Positions 24,569 to 36,760 of a stretch of DNA of 64,000 nucleotides are shown here, one piece after another. Each line of letters starts with the position of its first letter. The first letter of the stretch is position 1. The stretch covers positions 2,232,001-2,296,000 of the forward strand of contig JBNJNM010000011.1 of the NCBI GenBank assembly GCA_052426225.1, given 5' to 3'. The position numbers and the translations under genes are program-made. Origin of the DNA: Zancudomyces culisetae HAW-14-8. Its lineage: Eukaryota; Fungi; Kickxellomycota. The notes under the pieces are model-generated. The model worked only from the letters and a program-made list of their open reading frames with translations. It searched no databases and was not told where the DNA came from.

Positions 24569-26488
24569 ATGGAATCAGTAGGAAAATATAGTTTGGATTT
24601 ATTTAGCAAAAAATATGACTGGGCAGATGACGACTATGAAATAGAGGACAATGCTAGTATTGTAGCAGCTACCTCTACGGGAGCAGAGGGCGATAGAAAT
24701 GAGGGAGAATCGCACTACACTAGCGATAGGGCTGGATTGGAGATGGGGCTGGAGAGGCAACATATGGAGAAAAACGATGTGTCATATGAGGCAGGAGATT
24801 TCGAAGAAGAAGGTAGTTTTGACCAGTATAACAGGGAGGATAGTAGGGGTGGTATCCGTATAAAAGGAAGTAGTAATCCTGGAGGCAAGCTTTATGGGAG
24901 AAGAGGTTCAGAATACACAGAGTATTCCGGAAGAGGAAGGCAGGGGCGAGGAGGGTATACAAGAAAAAATGCAACAGAGAGAGCGGATAAAAGTTGGCAG
25001 CACAGTAGACGATATGGGAAAAAAGAATATTCGGATAAGCCTGGATATGGGTATAGAGTTGATGATAACAAAGGTGTTAGGACAGGAATCGGCGAGGATC
25101 GGGTATCTGGAGGAACCAGACAGAGATACAATGCCAGACGTAGAGAAGAAACCGGGAGATATGCAGGCTATAGCAAACGAAGATCAGAAAGTTACAGATC
25201 GGACGGGATTTTGGAGTGTGATCGAGTGGAAAAATGGGGGCATGATTTGTTTAGAGGGTATTCTCAAAATAAAGACGAATCTAATGAAAACAACTTCAAG
25301 ACACCAAAGTACAGGATAGATATGAAGGAGTCTATAGATATGGATTCTATACACGGGAAAGTCAATAGAGCGGTACCAGAAAAAAGAGCAGATGCAAGGA
25401 ATGTCCGCAAAAACCTGCGTGAAAACCAAAACCGCACTGAAGACACTATCAATCAGAAAGGTGATGCACATTACTTTGAAAGTCTAGATGGACTGACAGA
25501 CCAAGATTCTGGTGCGCTTCAACGTGCAGCGGGGAATTCTGCTCAAAGTGAGAAGGGTAAAATAAAGAAAAAAGTTGAAGAGGATGCAGTAATTGATAGC
25601 CCCGACCAAGAATTTTTACTCCCAGATGAAAGCACGGCAGTCCATACTCAGGACACTGCCTTACCGAACGAAGCAGATATTGCTGCATGGGAAGAAGAGT
25701 GGAACAGTTTTTGTAGGGCTGGTGGACTCGAGAAACGAGTAAGTAAGGCTTTTGACGGGAAAAATGGAGTAGCCGCACCAATTGCCAGCAAAAAGCCATA
25801 CCAATACGAAACAGAGGTGAGGGCAGGAGACGAGAATACACCAGGTGTGGACACAGATTCATTGATAAACGAAGGATACCATATCATTGATTCACCAGAC
25901 GACAGCAAAAGCACAAGCTCTAGCCGAGCCTTTGACGCATATTCTCCAGGCTTGCAAAACTTGTCTCCACCCACTGGTTCCTATCAGTCGTACGTTGGTA
26001 TTGAACAGAAAAAACACTACTCTGCTGTAGGAAGCGCTAGTGGGAAGGGCAAAACCTCAGCAATGTCTGTACCTGGTGCGCCCAAAAACAACACTGTGTC
26101 ACACCGCCTCCATTCTGATGTTGCATACATCGATGGGTATGGCGAGGAGGACGATAACTATGTCAATGTGTTGGAAGTTCCAGGGCCATCCATCAAACCT
26201 CACAGTGGAACCTCGGCGCCTAGTATAGGCAAAGGAACTCCATCGACCTATTTGGCTCCACATGATGTGCAATCTCTTGACACCAACACCAGAGGTTCAC
26301 ACCTTTTCACTTTAGTTGTTCCTGTATCCAAAAATATCTCTGCTCCATTGCATGTGTGTATGAATGATGATTTAGACGTGTTAGTCTGCGATTTTGACAA
26401 TCTTTGGCATTTACAGAACACTGTTAAGTCCATCCTACTTGATACTCTACTTCAACATCGCACTCTTGCATTAAGATTAAGGCATTAA
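24569..26488 (+). CDS. Largely disordered protein with an RG-rich region, a Btz/CASC3-like WxHD motif and a small folded C-terminal domain
   Basis: 639-aa ORF with DWADDD near the N-terminus, GRGRQGRGG, EKWGHDLF, and C-terminal LFTLVVPV..PLHVCMNDDLDVLVCDF. Confidence 0.75.
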   Translation: MESVGKYSLDLFSKKYDWADDDYEIEDNASIVAATSTGAEGDRNEGESHYTSDRAGLEMGLERQHMEKNDVSYEAGDFEEEGSFDQYNREDSRGGIRIKGSSNPGGKLYGRRGSEYTEYSGRGRQGRGGYTRKNATERADKSWQHSRRYGKKEYSDKPGYGYRVDDNKGVRTGIGEDRVSGGTRQRYNARRREETGRYAGYSKRRSESYRSDGILECDRVEKWGHDLFRGYSQNKDESNENNFKTPKYRIDMKESIDMDSIHGKVNRAVPEKRADARNVRKNLRENQNRTEDTINQKGDAHYFESLDGLTDQDSGALQRAAGNSAQSEKGKIKKKVEEDAVIDSPDQEFLLPDESTAVHTQDTALPNEADIAAWEEEWNSFCRAGGLEKRVSKAFDGKNGVAAPIASKKPYQYETEVRAGDENTPGVDTDSLINEGYHIIDSPDDSKSTSSSRAFDAYSPGLQNLSPPTGSYQSYVGIEQKKHYSAVGSASGKGKTSAMSVPGAPKNNTVSHRLHSDVAYIDGYGEEDDNYVNVLEVPGPSIKPHSGTSAPSIGKGTPSTYLAPHDVQSLDTNTRGSHLFTLVVPVSKNISAPLHVCMNDDLDVLVCDFDNLWHLQNTVKSILLDTLLQHRTLALRLRH

Positions 26489-28208
26489 CATTTTACATTA
26501 TAAAACTCGATTTTGGTGTTTATTTGTTTATTTGTTTATTTCTTTTCAATTTTGTACTATCCCTTCGTCTTCACCTCCATTAACTATAATATGTGACTGG
26601 GATTATGAAAAATGGTTGAAGATAAACTGAAGGATGTTGTGTTATAATTTAAGCACTTTAGCTTGTATTATTATAGTCTTTTTTTATTTTATAAACATAA
26701 CCGTTAGATTATTTGCCATGAGATATTTCAAACCTAAAGGCTTTTTTCTATTCGCTTTCAGAAAAAATAGGCAATTTTTAATTCAAGTAAGGTACTAATG
26801 TTGGCTGATTTAATTGGTTTGTGGTTACAAATGTGATGGGACCATTCACTTGTAGCTATATTGGCATATTGTAATTTACTCTAGAACACGGTTCTTGTTC
26901 ATTTTTTACCATCTGCAATTACAAGAAAACATGAAAGGACAAGAAAAAAATAGAGTTGAACAAATGTAAATGTTGGCGATTTATTATCAATTTTGGGGAT
27001 AGAGAGAGGGATTAAGATGCAAGGTGAAATGAATAAGGGGGGGGGGAGCAAAGAGAAAGAGACAAAAAGAAAGGAGATAGGAGAGAAAAAAGATGGTGAG
27101 GTGGGAAGAATGAATAATGGTAGTACGAATCGGTATTTTGAAGAAAAAAATAATCGTAATTGGAAATTTTGCCAAGGATTGCTGGCTTGTTTCCTTCCCA
27201 ATAAAAAGTTCACAAGTTCTGACTAAACATCGGACTTTTAAATGAGGATAATTCCCTGCGCTTATTTTTTACTGTGGGGAGGGGGAGGGAGAGAGAGAAG
27301 AAGAGGGCGAAGAAAGGAGAGTGATGGGCGAGAAGAATGATGGGGCTCAAAGGTAGGCGGGAGGGGGAGGGAGAGCTAGAGAAAGGTCGAAAACGTGAGG
27401 TTGAGGGATAAATACTTTAAAACCCGGATAATTTTTGCGAGTCACAAGTTAATTAATTTGAAATGTTTTGACCATTCAAATAAAATACAATCTTTTATGC
27501 ATTGAAGCGTGTTCATGTGTTTGTATTGTTTGTGTAGTCAAATGGTTTTATTTACCCAGAAGTATGAAAAAATAAAAATATATAAAGAAAACCAAGAAAA
27601 GAACAAAACAGTAAACGTATATCTTTAAGAAACAAAGTGGTCAATAAAAAGAGTTATTAGCAATACTTAAATATATAGATATTTAGTTGAATAAAGGCTA
27701 TTTGGGTATCTACGTATTTTTGAGTTTGAACAATTTCGAAAGGTAATACTTGCACATACAAATGTACAAAAAACACAGAAAAATATAAATAGATAAACAT
27801 ACAAGTAAACACACACACTCATACATAAATATACATAAAACAGTTTATTGTTTGAAACGAAAATAGGAATTCAAAAGTACCAACCGATTTTTATCCTAGA
27901 AAAGTGGCGCGTGTTATATTGTATGTGATTACCAGACATAAATAAAAAGTGGATATAAGGATATTCTAGTTCTTACTCCGATATTAACATACTTAGAGGA
28001 GAAAAAGTTCAAGTGAAGGTATTTCAAAAGCATTTACTTTTATTTTTTTTATACATCAAAGAAAGGAAAAGAAAATAAAGGGCTTGTGTTTGAATACATA
28101 CTATTTTAGTCTAAAGAGTGTTGTAATACTACTAGTATAAATAAATAATAAACCAAGAAAGAAAAGGCAAAAAATACGTAAAGAAAGGGTAAAAAGTGAT
28201 AAAAAACT

Positions 28209-31200
28209 ATGGAGCAGAAACCAAATAAACCAGGTGACATAAAAAAGAGTACAAATCCCTTTGATGATGGATATGATATTCAGAGCCGAGGGTATGATCA
28301 AGGACCGGAATCAGGACCGCAACCAGGAACGCAATCGCCGGGATATATCAGCACCTATGCTAGTGCACAAAGTTCTTTATCCCAACAGATGGAACGACCT
28401 TTGGACACGGATTCCATGGGTAAGTATTTAAATATCTTTAATAGAAAATCTGTGACAGTTAAAGAAAGAAAATAGTCTGAGAGAGTGGGCGGTGAATACT
28501 GTAGATTGCATTCCAAATCGGTATAAATTAAAATGTAAACAGACATAAAACACAAAGTAAAAGAAAAATCAAGATAAAGATCTATATATTACAACCATAG
28601 GAAATAAACATGGTATGAATAATGACAAACCAACGGAGACGATGGCTCCTGTAGGTAAAAAAGCAGAAGAGACTGTTACTACTACTGCAACTTTGGCAAC
28701 TAATGCTGGGCAAGGCGTAACACAGACACAAACACAGACACAGCCACAGCCACAAGTACCAGTACCCCCACTTTCATCGGGAATGAATAATACAGCAGCA
28801 CCGTATGCAGGGAATGGGCAGACTGGAGTGCAAGCAACCACTGCACCACAACCACAACCACAACAGCAGCCACAGCAACAACAACAGCAGCCACAGCAAC
28901 AACCACAACAACAACAACAACAACCACAACAACAGCAACCACAACAGCAATACACATCGTCTTCGACTACAGAAAAAGCTCAGATGTTTGCTTATGGATA
29001 CGGAAACAATACTGGAGTAACTTCGCCTGATCCAGGACCATGGCCAAAACCGGAGCAAAGAGACGAACAGAAATACACGACAGCAGGGGGAAATTTGGGA
29101 AATCCACAAGGAGGAGTTGAATCTGAAAAGATTGGAAAGAGCAATAGTGGTACTGGAGGAACAACAGGGCCTGGTGCAAATGAATACGGAAGCAAAAAAT
29201 ATGAGCAGGGGGTAGGAGTAGGAGCAGCAGCTGCAACATCGGGATTGAGTCAGAGAACAATACGCGGCCCAGTACTACAATACTTAACAACAGATGTAAA
29301 CACGCAAGAATGGATAGGAAGTATTTTGATTTTAACAAACATACGCACTCCAAAGGTTGAAAACACAATGGTGGGATCATCGACTTCCGCACCTGCACAG
29401 TTGCAAGATGCAGGAGCAGCGGATGTTTTAGTATGGATGGATATAGCAACGGCAGGAGTAGAGGAGTATGCACAGAGGGTGCATTGTGAAGAGTTATACA
29501 GGGATGAGATTAACGGGTATGTGTTTTGGAGAGCAATAATTAGGGCGCGAATGGCGGTGAGTATGGAAACACAAGTTGGGTATCAGGCAGTGTTTAAGGA
29601 AGCATGGGATGGATCTCAGACGTATTCAGAAATGTACCAATTTGTGGTTCCTGCGCAGACTACATCATGGAGAGTTTGTGTAGTGAGCGGAAATGATTAT
29701 TCAATAGGAGTAGCAGACCAACAAAAGGCATATTACGATGATAGGGTCATGTGGTCCGATTTACTTGAAAAGCATGAGCTGTTACCATTCCATGCAATGG
29801 TTGGGGTTGGTGGACAGATTTATGGTGATAGTATATGGCAAGATTTGGGAGGAGTACAAGAACTTGGTTTATCGGCATCCAATGCACAGGGAACTAGTGG
29901 AGGAAAAAATGACTACGCCCATTCACTCTCGATAGACACCAAGAAAAATCCGTTGGCAGAGTTTGTTTCGCCACTAGGGGGCACAGCTTCAAGCAAAAAA
30001 CTGAGCAAGAGTGTGCGTGCAGATGTTGCATGGACTCAGGAAATGGAAAATTGTGTATCAAAATGGTATTTCAACAAGTATTTAGAGAAATGGTTTAAAC
30101 CAACATACCAAGCACGTGAGGCTGCAGGATCAGGAGGAACGATGGCAGATGCATTGCCGATCATTCCATACATGTTTTGTCTAGGCGAACGCGATGTGTT
30201 TAGAGGGTTTGGAACATACAGTGAGACTATTACAAACACAATGGTATACAGGGGTGTTGTAGAAGCCGCAGTTAAGTACTGGTGTTTGTTCCAGGCGCAC
30301 GTGACACACGAGGGCGTAATAAAAAACAAGGTCGAAGAGAATGTGTTTTGTTCGGCATTGGGAATGCACTGGATACGGCAGCTGGGATCGTACATGTCAA
30401 TAGTAGGAATGGATTTGTTTAGCGAAAGAAGCCAAAGGCAGGTGGTGTCGGTCTATGGATACGAAGATATATTTGTTGCAATTAACAAGAGAGTTGGGCC
30501 ACAGACGCAGCATTTGCTATTTGCATCACCAGTTCCCGTTGTATATCCACATTCAATGTATTTGGAAAGTGTGATTAGTGGGGCTAAAAACATGAAAATA
30601 ACAAACTTTATTGACTATGCGTCCAACAAACTTTGGAATCGTGAACAAGAGCAGCAGCAGCAGCAGCAGCAACAACAACAACAGCAGGTATACCTAGAAG
30701 GTCCTAGTATGGTTCAATCGGCAGTAGGAATTGGTGCAACGGACATTTTGGGGCAAAACAAGGCACTTGTAGCAGTCAACTCGCTGTGGACATCAGGTGC
30801 GCGGCTGACGGAGCGAGCGTATTTTGTGGAGAAGTTGCAAGGGCTGGCGTATAATCGGAGGATGTGTAGGATTTCGTTTATTTCTGGGCATGTGAATACC
30901 TGTGGGGCTGGGCGGTTTGTAGCCAGCTACAATGTAACGCCAGGCTACGACTCTGATGCCAATTCATACGGCGACTTCCGCGTAATGATGCAGTTTATCA
31001 CGGCGGCAATGGTTGATCTCCCGCCAGACCGGCTAACGATGAAGGGTCTTTATATGTCCGGCAAAAAGACAACATTTGACCAGAACACAGTGGAGAAGTT
31101 GTACAAGCTATTTGAGCGTGATGTGGATGGCAATTTGCCACCCGACGGCAACCGTAAGTTGTTGGCAAGGCGGTCGTTTTTGACTATTGAGGAGGAGTTG

Positions 31201-31659
31201 TCTGTTGCGAATGGAGCGTATGGATATGACGGAATGGTGGCAACACTAATAGTTAATATTCATGCAGAAACGGCCGATAGTGGTCGTAATGTTGATCGCA
31301 TCAAGACTGTTCCATACAGAATTGATGTTCCTCCACTGTGTTTGAATAAACAAGGAGCCAATGCTTCTACTTCGGTTGGTTCTGGTCGTCCTAACAGCTC
31401 ATCGCCATTTTCATATACGACTACGCCTAAGACATCTACTAGTAGCATGAGCAATGTATTAAATCCTGTCAATCCACCTCCCCCAGTAGGTATAAATCTA
31501 CATCCTGCGCAGCGGAATTCAACTCCTACAAGTACTAGCACGGCTGGAACCAGGTTATCGGCATCCAGTTCCCATGCAAATGTAGCCGGCGCAAGTGATA
31601 GAGCATCGCTGGTCATTGACCCAGAAAAGTCTCCATCTCCACCACCTTATTCACGATAA
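28209..31659 (+). CDS. PhoD-like (fungal PhoD_2 family) phosphatase-fold protein, probably inactive; 2 exons (28209-28419, 28601-31659)
   Basis: GPVLQY, WSDLLEKH..PFHAMVGVGGQIYGD, GFGTY, KYWCLFQ, FERDVDG..KLLARR follow the family layout. The GTAAGT...TAG intron joins the upstream ORF in frame. Confidence 0.85.
28846..28950 (+). repeat. CAA/CAG/CCA coding repeat (polyQ/PQ)
   Basis: Encodes PQPQPQQQPQQQQQQP... Confidence 0.9.
30652..30687 (+). repeat. CAG/CAA coding repeat (Q12)
   Basis: 12 consecutive Gln codons inside the PhoD-like domain. Confidence 0.9.
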
Positions 31660-31759
31660 ATATACGAGTTTTTTTTATTTTTCACATTAAAGATTAGCTT
31701 AATCAATAAATAAAATGGGGTTTCATTTTTGAAATAAAGAAAAAAGAAAAGGAGTTGAT

Positions 31760-34700
31760 TTATAAACCTTCAAAGGCTTGGCTGATGATTTGGCTTTGTT
31801 CATTCTTGTATACAGAGCTAATTCCAGTGACAGGAGCAGCCAAAGGATTTCTACCAATATATCTTAGCGAGCCTTGGTGAGGAGCGAGGAGGGCATTGAT
31901 GCGTGGCAAGACGAATGAGTAGGCACCGGCATTTTGGGTTTCTTCTTGGCACCAGACATAGTCAGTAACGTTGGGGTATTTAGCCAAAAGATCTGCAAGC
32001 TGTTTTGCGGGGAAGGGAGTGAGTTCTTCCAGACGAACCAAGGCAACCTTTGAGCCAGCAGATTGGAGTTTTGCACGGTGAGCAGCAAGTTCATAGTAGA
32101 ACTTACCAGAAACAAGAACTAGTCTGGTGACATTATCTCTGTAGTTACCAGAAGTTGATGATGATGAAGGGAGCAACGTGAGATCCTTATCATCCAACAC
32201 AGGCTTGAAGCTAGTTCCAACAGCCATTTCCTCAAGAGTTGACGTGGCAGCCGAAAGTCTGAGAAGAGTCTTTGGTCCAATAATAATCAATGGTCTGCGG
32301 AATTCCCGCTTGAGTTGACGGCGCAACAAATGGAAGTATTGTGCTGGAGTGGTTGGGAACACTACGCTCATGTTTGCATTGATGTTGTTGGTAAGTGGTA
32401 CACCTGGAGTTGGGATTGGATCATCGCTTAGCTGTAGGAATCGTTCAGTACGTGATGATGAATGTTCAGGGCCTGCACCATCGTATCCATGAGGAAGCAA
32501 CATGACAAGTCCGGACTGACGCATCCACTTGGTTTCACCACTGGCCAAGTATGTGTCAATAATAACTTGAGCAGTATTATTGAAATCTCCAAATTGTGCT
32601 TCCCAGATAACCAGTGCATTTGGTGAAGAGATAGACACTCCGTACTCAAAGCCCAATACTGCATACTCGCTAAGATGGCTGTTGGCTACCTCCAACTTAC
32701 TTTCTGGTGGTGTATCAAGTCGGTTAAGTGGTACATCGACCGCCTCTGTCTTTTGGCACACAAACATAGCGTGTCGCTGACTGAATGTGCCACGACCGAC
32801 ATCCTGTCCACTGATACGCACAGCGTGACCGTCCTTCAACAACGATCCCATTGCCAATGCCTCAGCAGTCGCCCAGTCGATTCCGCTGCCTCGCTTGAGT
32901 TTGGCCAATCGAGGCTGAATGTGGAATTTGGTAAGTCTTGGGTGTGGCTCGACGGCTGGTGATGGTGAAACTGAGTATTCTCCAATTTTGATCAGCTCTT
33001 CTTTTTCAACACCTGTCATCACCTCACTGACATCTTCTACTGATGCTGATTCGTTTTCCATTGGTGGTTTCAATCCGCTCCACCGACCCTTGAATGCATC
33101 CAGCTCTGGTACGTATTGTCCAGCGACTGATCTTTCCTTCTCAAGGTCCTCAAACCATTCTGCTCGTTTTGCCTCAATCTCTGCCTCGGTCATGTCTCCA
33201 ATTGCCACCAAGTGCTCTTCATACAGTTTTGGAACGCTCTTGCGGGCACGGATTTTGTTGTACATAAGTGGCTGTGTGAACGATGGCTCATCCAGTTCGT
33301 TGTGGCCCCATCGTCTGAATGTAACCAGATCCAAAATCACATCACGTCTAAACTTGTCGCGATATGCAAAGGCAATCTCAACAGCCCGCAAGACTTCCTC
33401 GGGGCTATCACCGTTGACGTGCACAATTGGTGCGTTGATCATCTTACCTACATCTGATGTGTAGACAGTTGATCGTGCATTTTGTGCTGGTGTGGTGTAT
33501 CCAATCTGGTTGTTTACTATAACGTGGACAGATCCACCACTGCCAAAGTGTGGTAGGTTAGAAAGACCTAGTGTTTCCATCACCACTCCCTGGCCTGTAA
33601 ATGCAGCGTCTCCGTGTAGTTGGACAGACATTACTCGATCACCGAGCTTGCACCCTTCATCCGTAATGTTGTTGTACAAATACATTTGTTTTGCTCTTGC
33701 TACTCCCAACGAGACTGGATTGGCTGCCTCCAGATGTGAAGGGTTTGGTAATAGAGATACTTGCAACTTGTTGGGGCCACCATAGTCCAAGTATGAGTCA
33801 TTGAAAATATGTGATAGCACGTCACCTGATGCCTTGATGCCTGGTGGGAACTCCGAGTTACCAGCCAGTTTGTGGAACAGCCTTCGAGGTGCAAACTCCA
33901 ACAGTGATGTTGCTAGATTCAGACGACCTCTGTGTGGCATGCTCAACACTACGTTCTCTACCCCCCTCTCTGAACTCAACTTAAACAAGTGGTCCAATGC
34001 CACCATCATACTTTCTGCTCCTTCCAGCCCGTACCGCTTGACCTGTCCGTACTTCTTTTGCATAAAGTGATCAAACACCTCTGATTTGCTTAGCAACTCA
34101 AATATCCGTTGTCTGCGTGCCTTGTCTATCTTTTTCTTTGGCATTTCAGTTTCCACGTGGTTAGCAATCCACTTGCGAATACTTCCACTTGGAATATGCA
34201 TAAATTCAAATCCAGTCTTTTCTGCGTATACCTTGTTCAAATACTCCAGAATTTCTCCAATTGTTGCGGTCTCTCGGGGCTCTGTGCTCTCTTCGCTCTT
34301 GTTCATGTGCAAAATTCCATCAAGCTTCACCACTTTATCCATATCTGTAATTCCATACCTTTCATGCTCGATATTGATAGAAACATGTCGGCGGTGGATT
34401 CCCAGTGGATCGACCTGTGATGCGGCGTGGCCAAAGTCCCTAAAGGCATCAATCAACCGCACCAGGTTGGAGTTTTCCTGACGGTTTTTCAGCTGTTCTT
34501 GATTGTAGCTTGTATGTTCATAATCTGGGTACACCCGATATCCATATGTTGTTTCCATATGGTATTCTCGGACGTTGTTGTAACTTGTAGTTACATTTTG
34601 TGGCTTGCTAAGACCTGCCTTCAGAAACCGTCCACTGCTGGTACCAACCCTTAACGCGCTACTGCAATCAAGCCCTCCTACACTTGATCTTACACGACTG

Positions 34701-34762
34701 CTATAGGCCCTTGCGTACTTGCTGGCGGCTTTGATATTGTTTTTTGTTACGTTTGCGAGCAT
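31760..34762 (-). CDS. DHTKD1: 2-oxoadipate dehydrogenase E1 (DHTKD1-like, OGDH family)
   Basis: 1000-aa ORF. KRYGLEGAES, GDVLSH and RRWGHNELDEP are DHTKD1-type rather than KGD1-type (GDVKYH). TPP motif HGDAAF..NN, and LPHGYDGAGPEHSS. Confidence 0.9.
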   Translation of the reverse strand: MLANVTKNNIKAASKYARAYSSRVRSSVGGLDCSSALRVGTSSGRFLKAGLSKPQNVTTSYNNVREYHMETTYGYRVYPDYEHTSYNQEQLKNRQENSNLVRLIDAFRDFGHAASQVDPLGIHRRHVSINIEHERYGITDMDKVVKLDGILHMNKSEESTEPRETATIGEILEYLNKVYAEKTGFEFMHIPSGSIRKWIANHVETEMPKKKIDKARRQRIFELLSKSEVFDHFMQKKYGQVKRYGLEGAESMMVALDHLFKLSSERGVENVVLSMPHRGRLNLATSLLEFAPRRLFHKLAGNSEFPPGIKASGDVLSHIFNDSYLDYGGPNKLQVSLLPNPSHLEAANPVSLGVARAKQMYLYNNITDEGCKLGDRVMSVQLHGDAAFTGQGVVMETLGLSNLPHFGSGGSVHVIVNNQIGYTTPAQNARSTVYTSDVGKMINAPIVHVNGDSPEEVLRAVEIAFAYRDKFRRDVILDLVTFRRWGHNELDEPSFTQPLMYNKIRARKSVPKLYEEHLVAIGDMTEAEIEAKRAEWFEDLEKERSVAGQYVPELDAFKGRWSGLKPPMENESASVEDVSEVMTGVEKEELIKIGEYSVSPSPAVEPHPRLTKFHIQPRLAKLKRGSGIDWATAEALAMGSLLKDGHAVRISGQDVGRGTFSQRHAMFVCQKTEAVDVPLNRLDTPPESKLEVANSHLSEYAVLGFEYGVSISSPNALVIWEAQFGDFNNTAQVIIDTYLASGETKWMRQSGLVMLLPHGYDGAGPEHSSSRTERFLQLSDDPIPTPGVPLTNNINANMSVVFPTTPAQYFHLLRRQLKREFRRPLIIIGPKTLLRLSAATSTLEEMAVGTSFKPVLDDKDLTLLPSSSSTSGNYRDNVTRLVLVSGKFYYELAAHRAKLQSAGSKVALVRLEELTPFPAKQLADLLAKYPNVTDYVWCQEETQNAGAYSFVLPRINALLAPHQGSLRYIGRNPLAAPVTGISSVYKNEQSQIISQAFEGL

Positions 34763-36760
34763 TCTTTTTTTTTTCTACCTCTTACACACTCCCCTTTTTC
34801 TTCCTACTTTTTTTTTTGATATATTTCAATAAATTGGTGTTTGTTTGGTGCAAAACGCTTTGGTTTCCCTCTATTTATCAAACACTGATATTTGTTGATG
34901 TATTTTGATTTTATAAAAAAGAAAATATTATAAATTAGTATTCAGAATAACTGATATTTCTGCCCCTTTTTGTCTTTTAAAAAAAACTATTGTTGTGCTT
35001 AGTGACTAACCAATTCTGTTTTTTTTGTTTTTGCAGTTATTGTTTGCAAGTTTCAAAAAAAAAAGAGATAATCAAAAAGCTAGGACCAAAACCTTTTTTA
35101 TTTTTATAAACAGATTGTATGCATTGGACCTGGTATTTATCACTTTTAAATTAACATCTATTAAAGGACAAAAGAAAAGAAAAACAAAAGGAGCAAAATT
35201 ATGAAACCAAATGTTTTATTTTTTTTTCCCGCATTTTCACATTTTGGATCATTTATCTCTGCAATCTCGTTAATTTACTCACCCATTCCCATTTATTTTC
35301 ATTTTTCAATTTTAATTTGTTTTGTTTTACCACATTTTGCTCCCAGACCTACCCGCTTCGTGCATCCACATCATTTGTGTATTCTGATTTTCATCACACC
35401 AAATTTACCTGCTATTGGGCACTGGCCGCTATTCTGGTTTTTCCTTATCTAAGATGTTCACAAAATAAATAAAAAGAACCTCCCCATTCTCACACTTATA
35501 ATGCGTTTAGCATATAAATCATCCATTTGCAAACAGGAGAGGGGGGGTGGGAGTTATAAAATATACATTTGATGTGATTATAGATTTCAACCTCTTTGCT
35601 CTCACCCTCCCATTCCCCAAAGTAGGTATATGATGCTCTATTTTGAAACTGTGGCAGATATTTTGTTACTAACAATATCTTTTTCTCACTCACACAGGTT
35701 ACAAATAGATGGCGACTGAACAAAAGATAAAAAATGATTTGGAGTTTTCCGGCTACTGCAATTTTAATTCGTCCATCTCCGACCCCTTACACCATATATT
35801 ACACATCATACACCATATCTTATTCCTTTCACCCCCTCTTCATATCCTTCTCCCTTCTATTTTAACCCCTTGTTAAGCTGAAATAAAAAAAAGATAAACG
35901 TAGATAAAAAAAGAACAGACCGGTAAAAATCCGCTCTAACCTATACAAAACATGATAGTCTACTACACAAAAACTTTTTTTTCTCACCATTTATGATCCC
36001 GATGATATAATAATTTGGCCTGTAATACCCTCCCCCCAAAAAAAGCTATGAAAAGTTGTGGAATTAAAAATGCGACGGGTATACCTGGATACAAACAGTT
36101 GTGTATGTTTTCGCCATTTTAATGATTCCCCTAACTATGTATACTTTGGCTTTTCAACTATAATCACTTACTACAGTTGTTAATTTTGCAAAATATAATA
36201 CATTTTACATTAAAACATATTGCATGAAGTAGGAGGAGTGATGGATTAATAGTTATACCCCAATACGATAAATACAACTATGACTTGACTTGGAAAAGAA
36301 GGGCTGCAGTCTATCATGAACGAGTTTTTACTGTGTAAAAATTAATCACTAGTGATATTCGCTTACACAAGCCTGTTTTTTAACCTTCAGAATTGTGGCT
36401 AAAGAATGAATATATTTATTCTGTTAGCTTCTCATACGTTGAGAGAAAGAGAGAACAAAAATCGACTCTGGATCAAACGTGGGATTTTGGGCCAAGAAAA
36501 AAAAAACGTTCACTCCTTATTTTATTGGTTACGTATGCATTATTGGCGCAATAGAAATAAAGCTTACACATAATTTTCCATTTGTATTCAACTTCAAAGA
36601 GCAAAGAGAAATAAAAGGGACCTTTTCAATCAAATCATAGGTATACGCAATATTTATTTTTGGCAATTCCAACTTACTACATTGGGAATTATACTCAAGA
36701 AACCTAGAGCAAAAAGAAAAACGCAAATAAACGAAAGCCTCAAGATTCAATTCATATATC

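Noticed and set aside
28569-29109. Poly-Cys, poly-Val and poly-Leu antisense ORFs (metallothionein-like appearance)
   Set aside because: These are antisense shadows of the polyQ codons.
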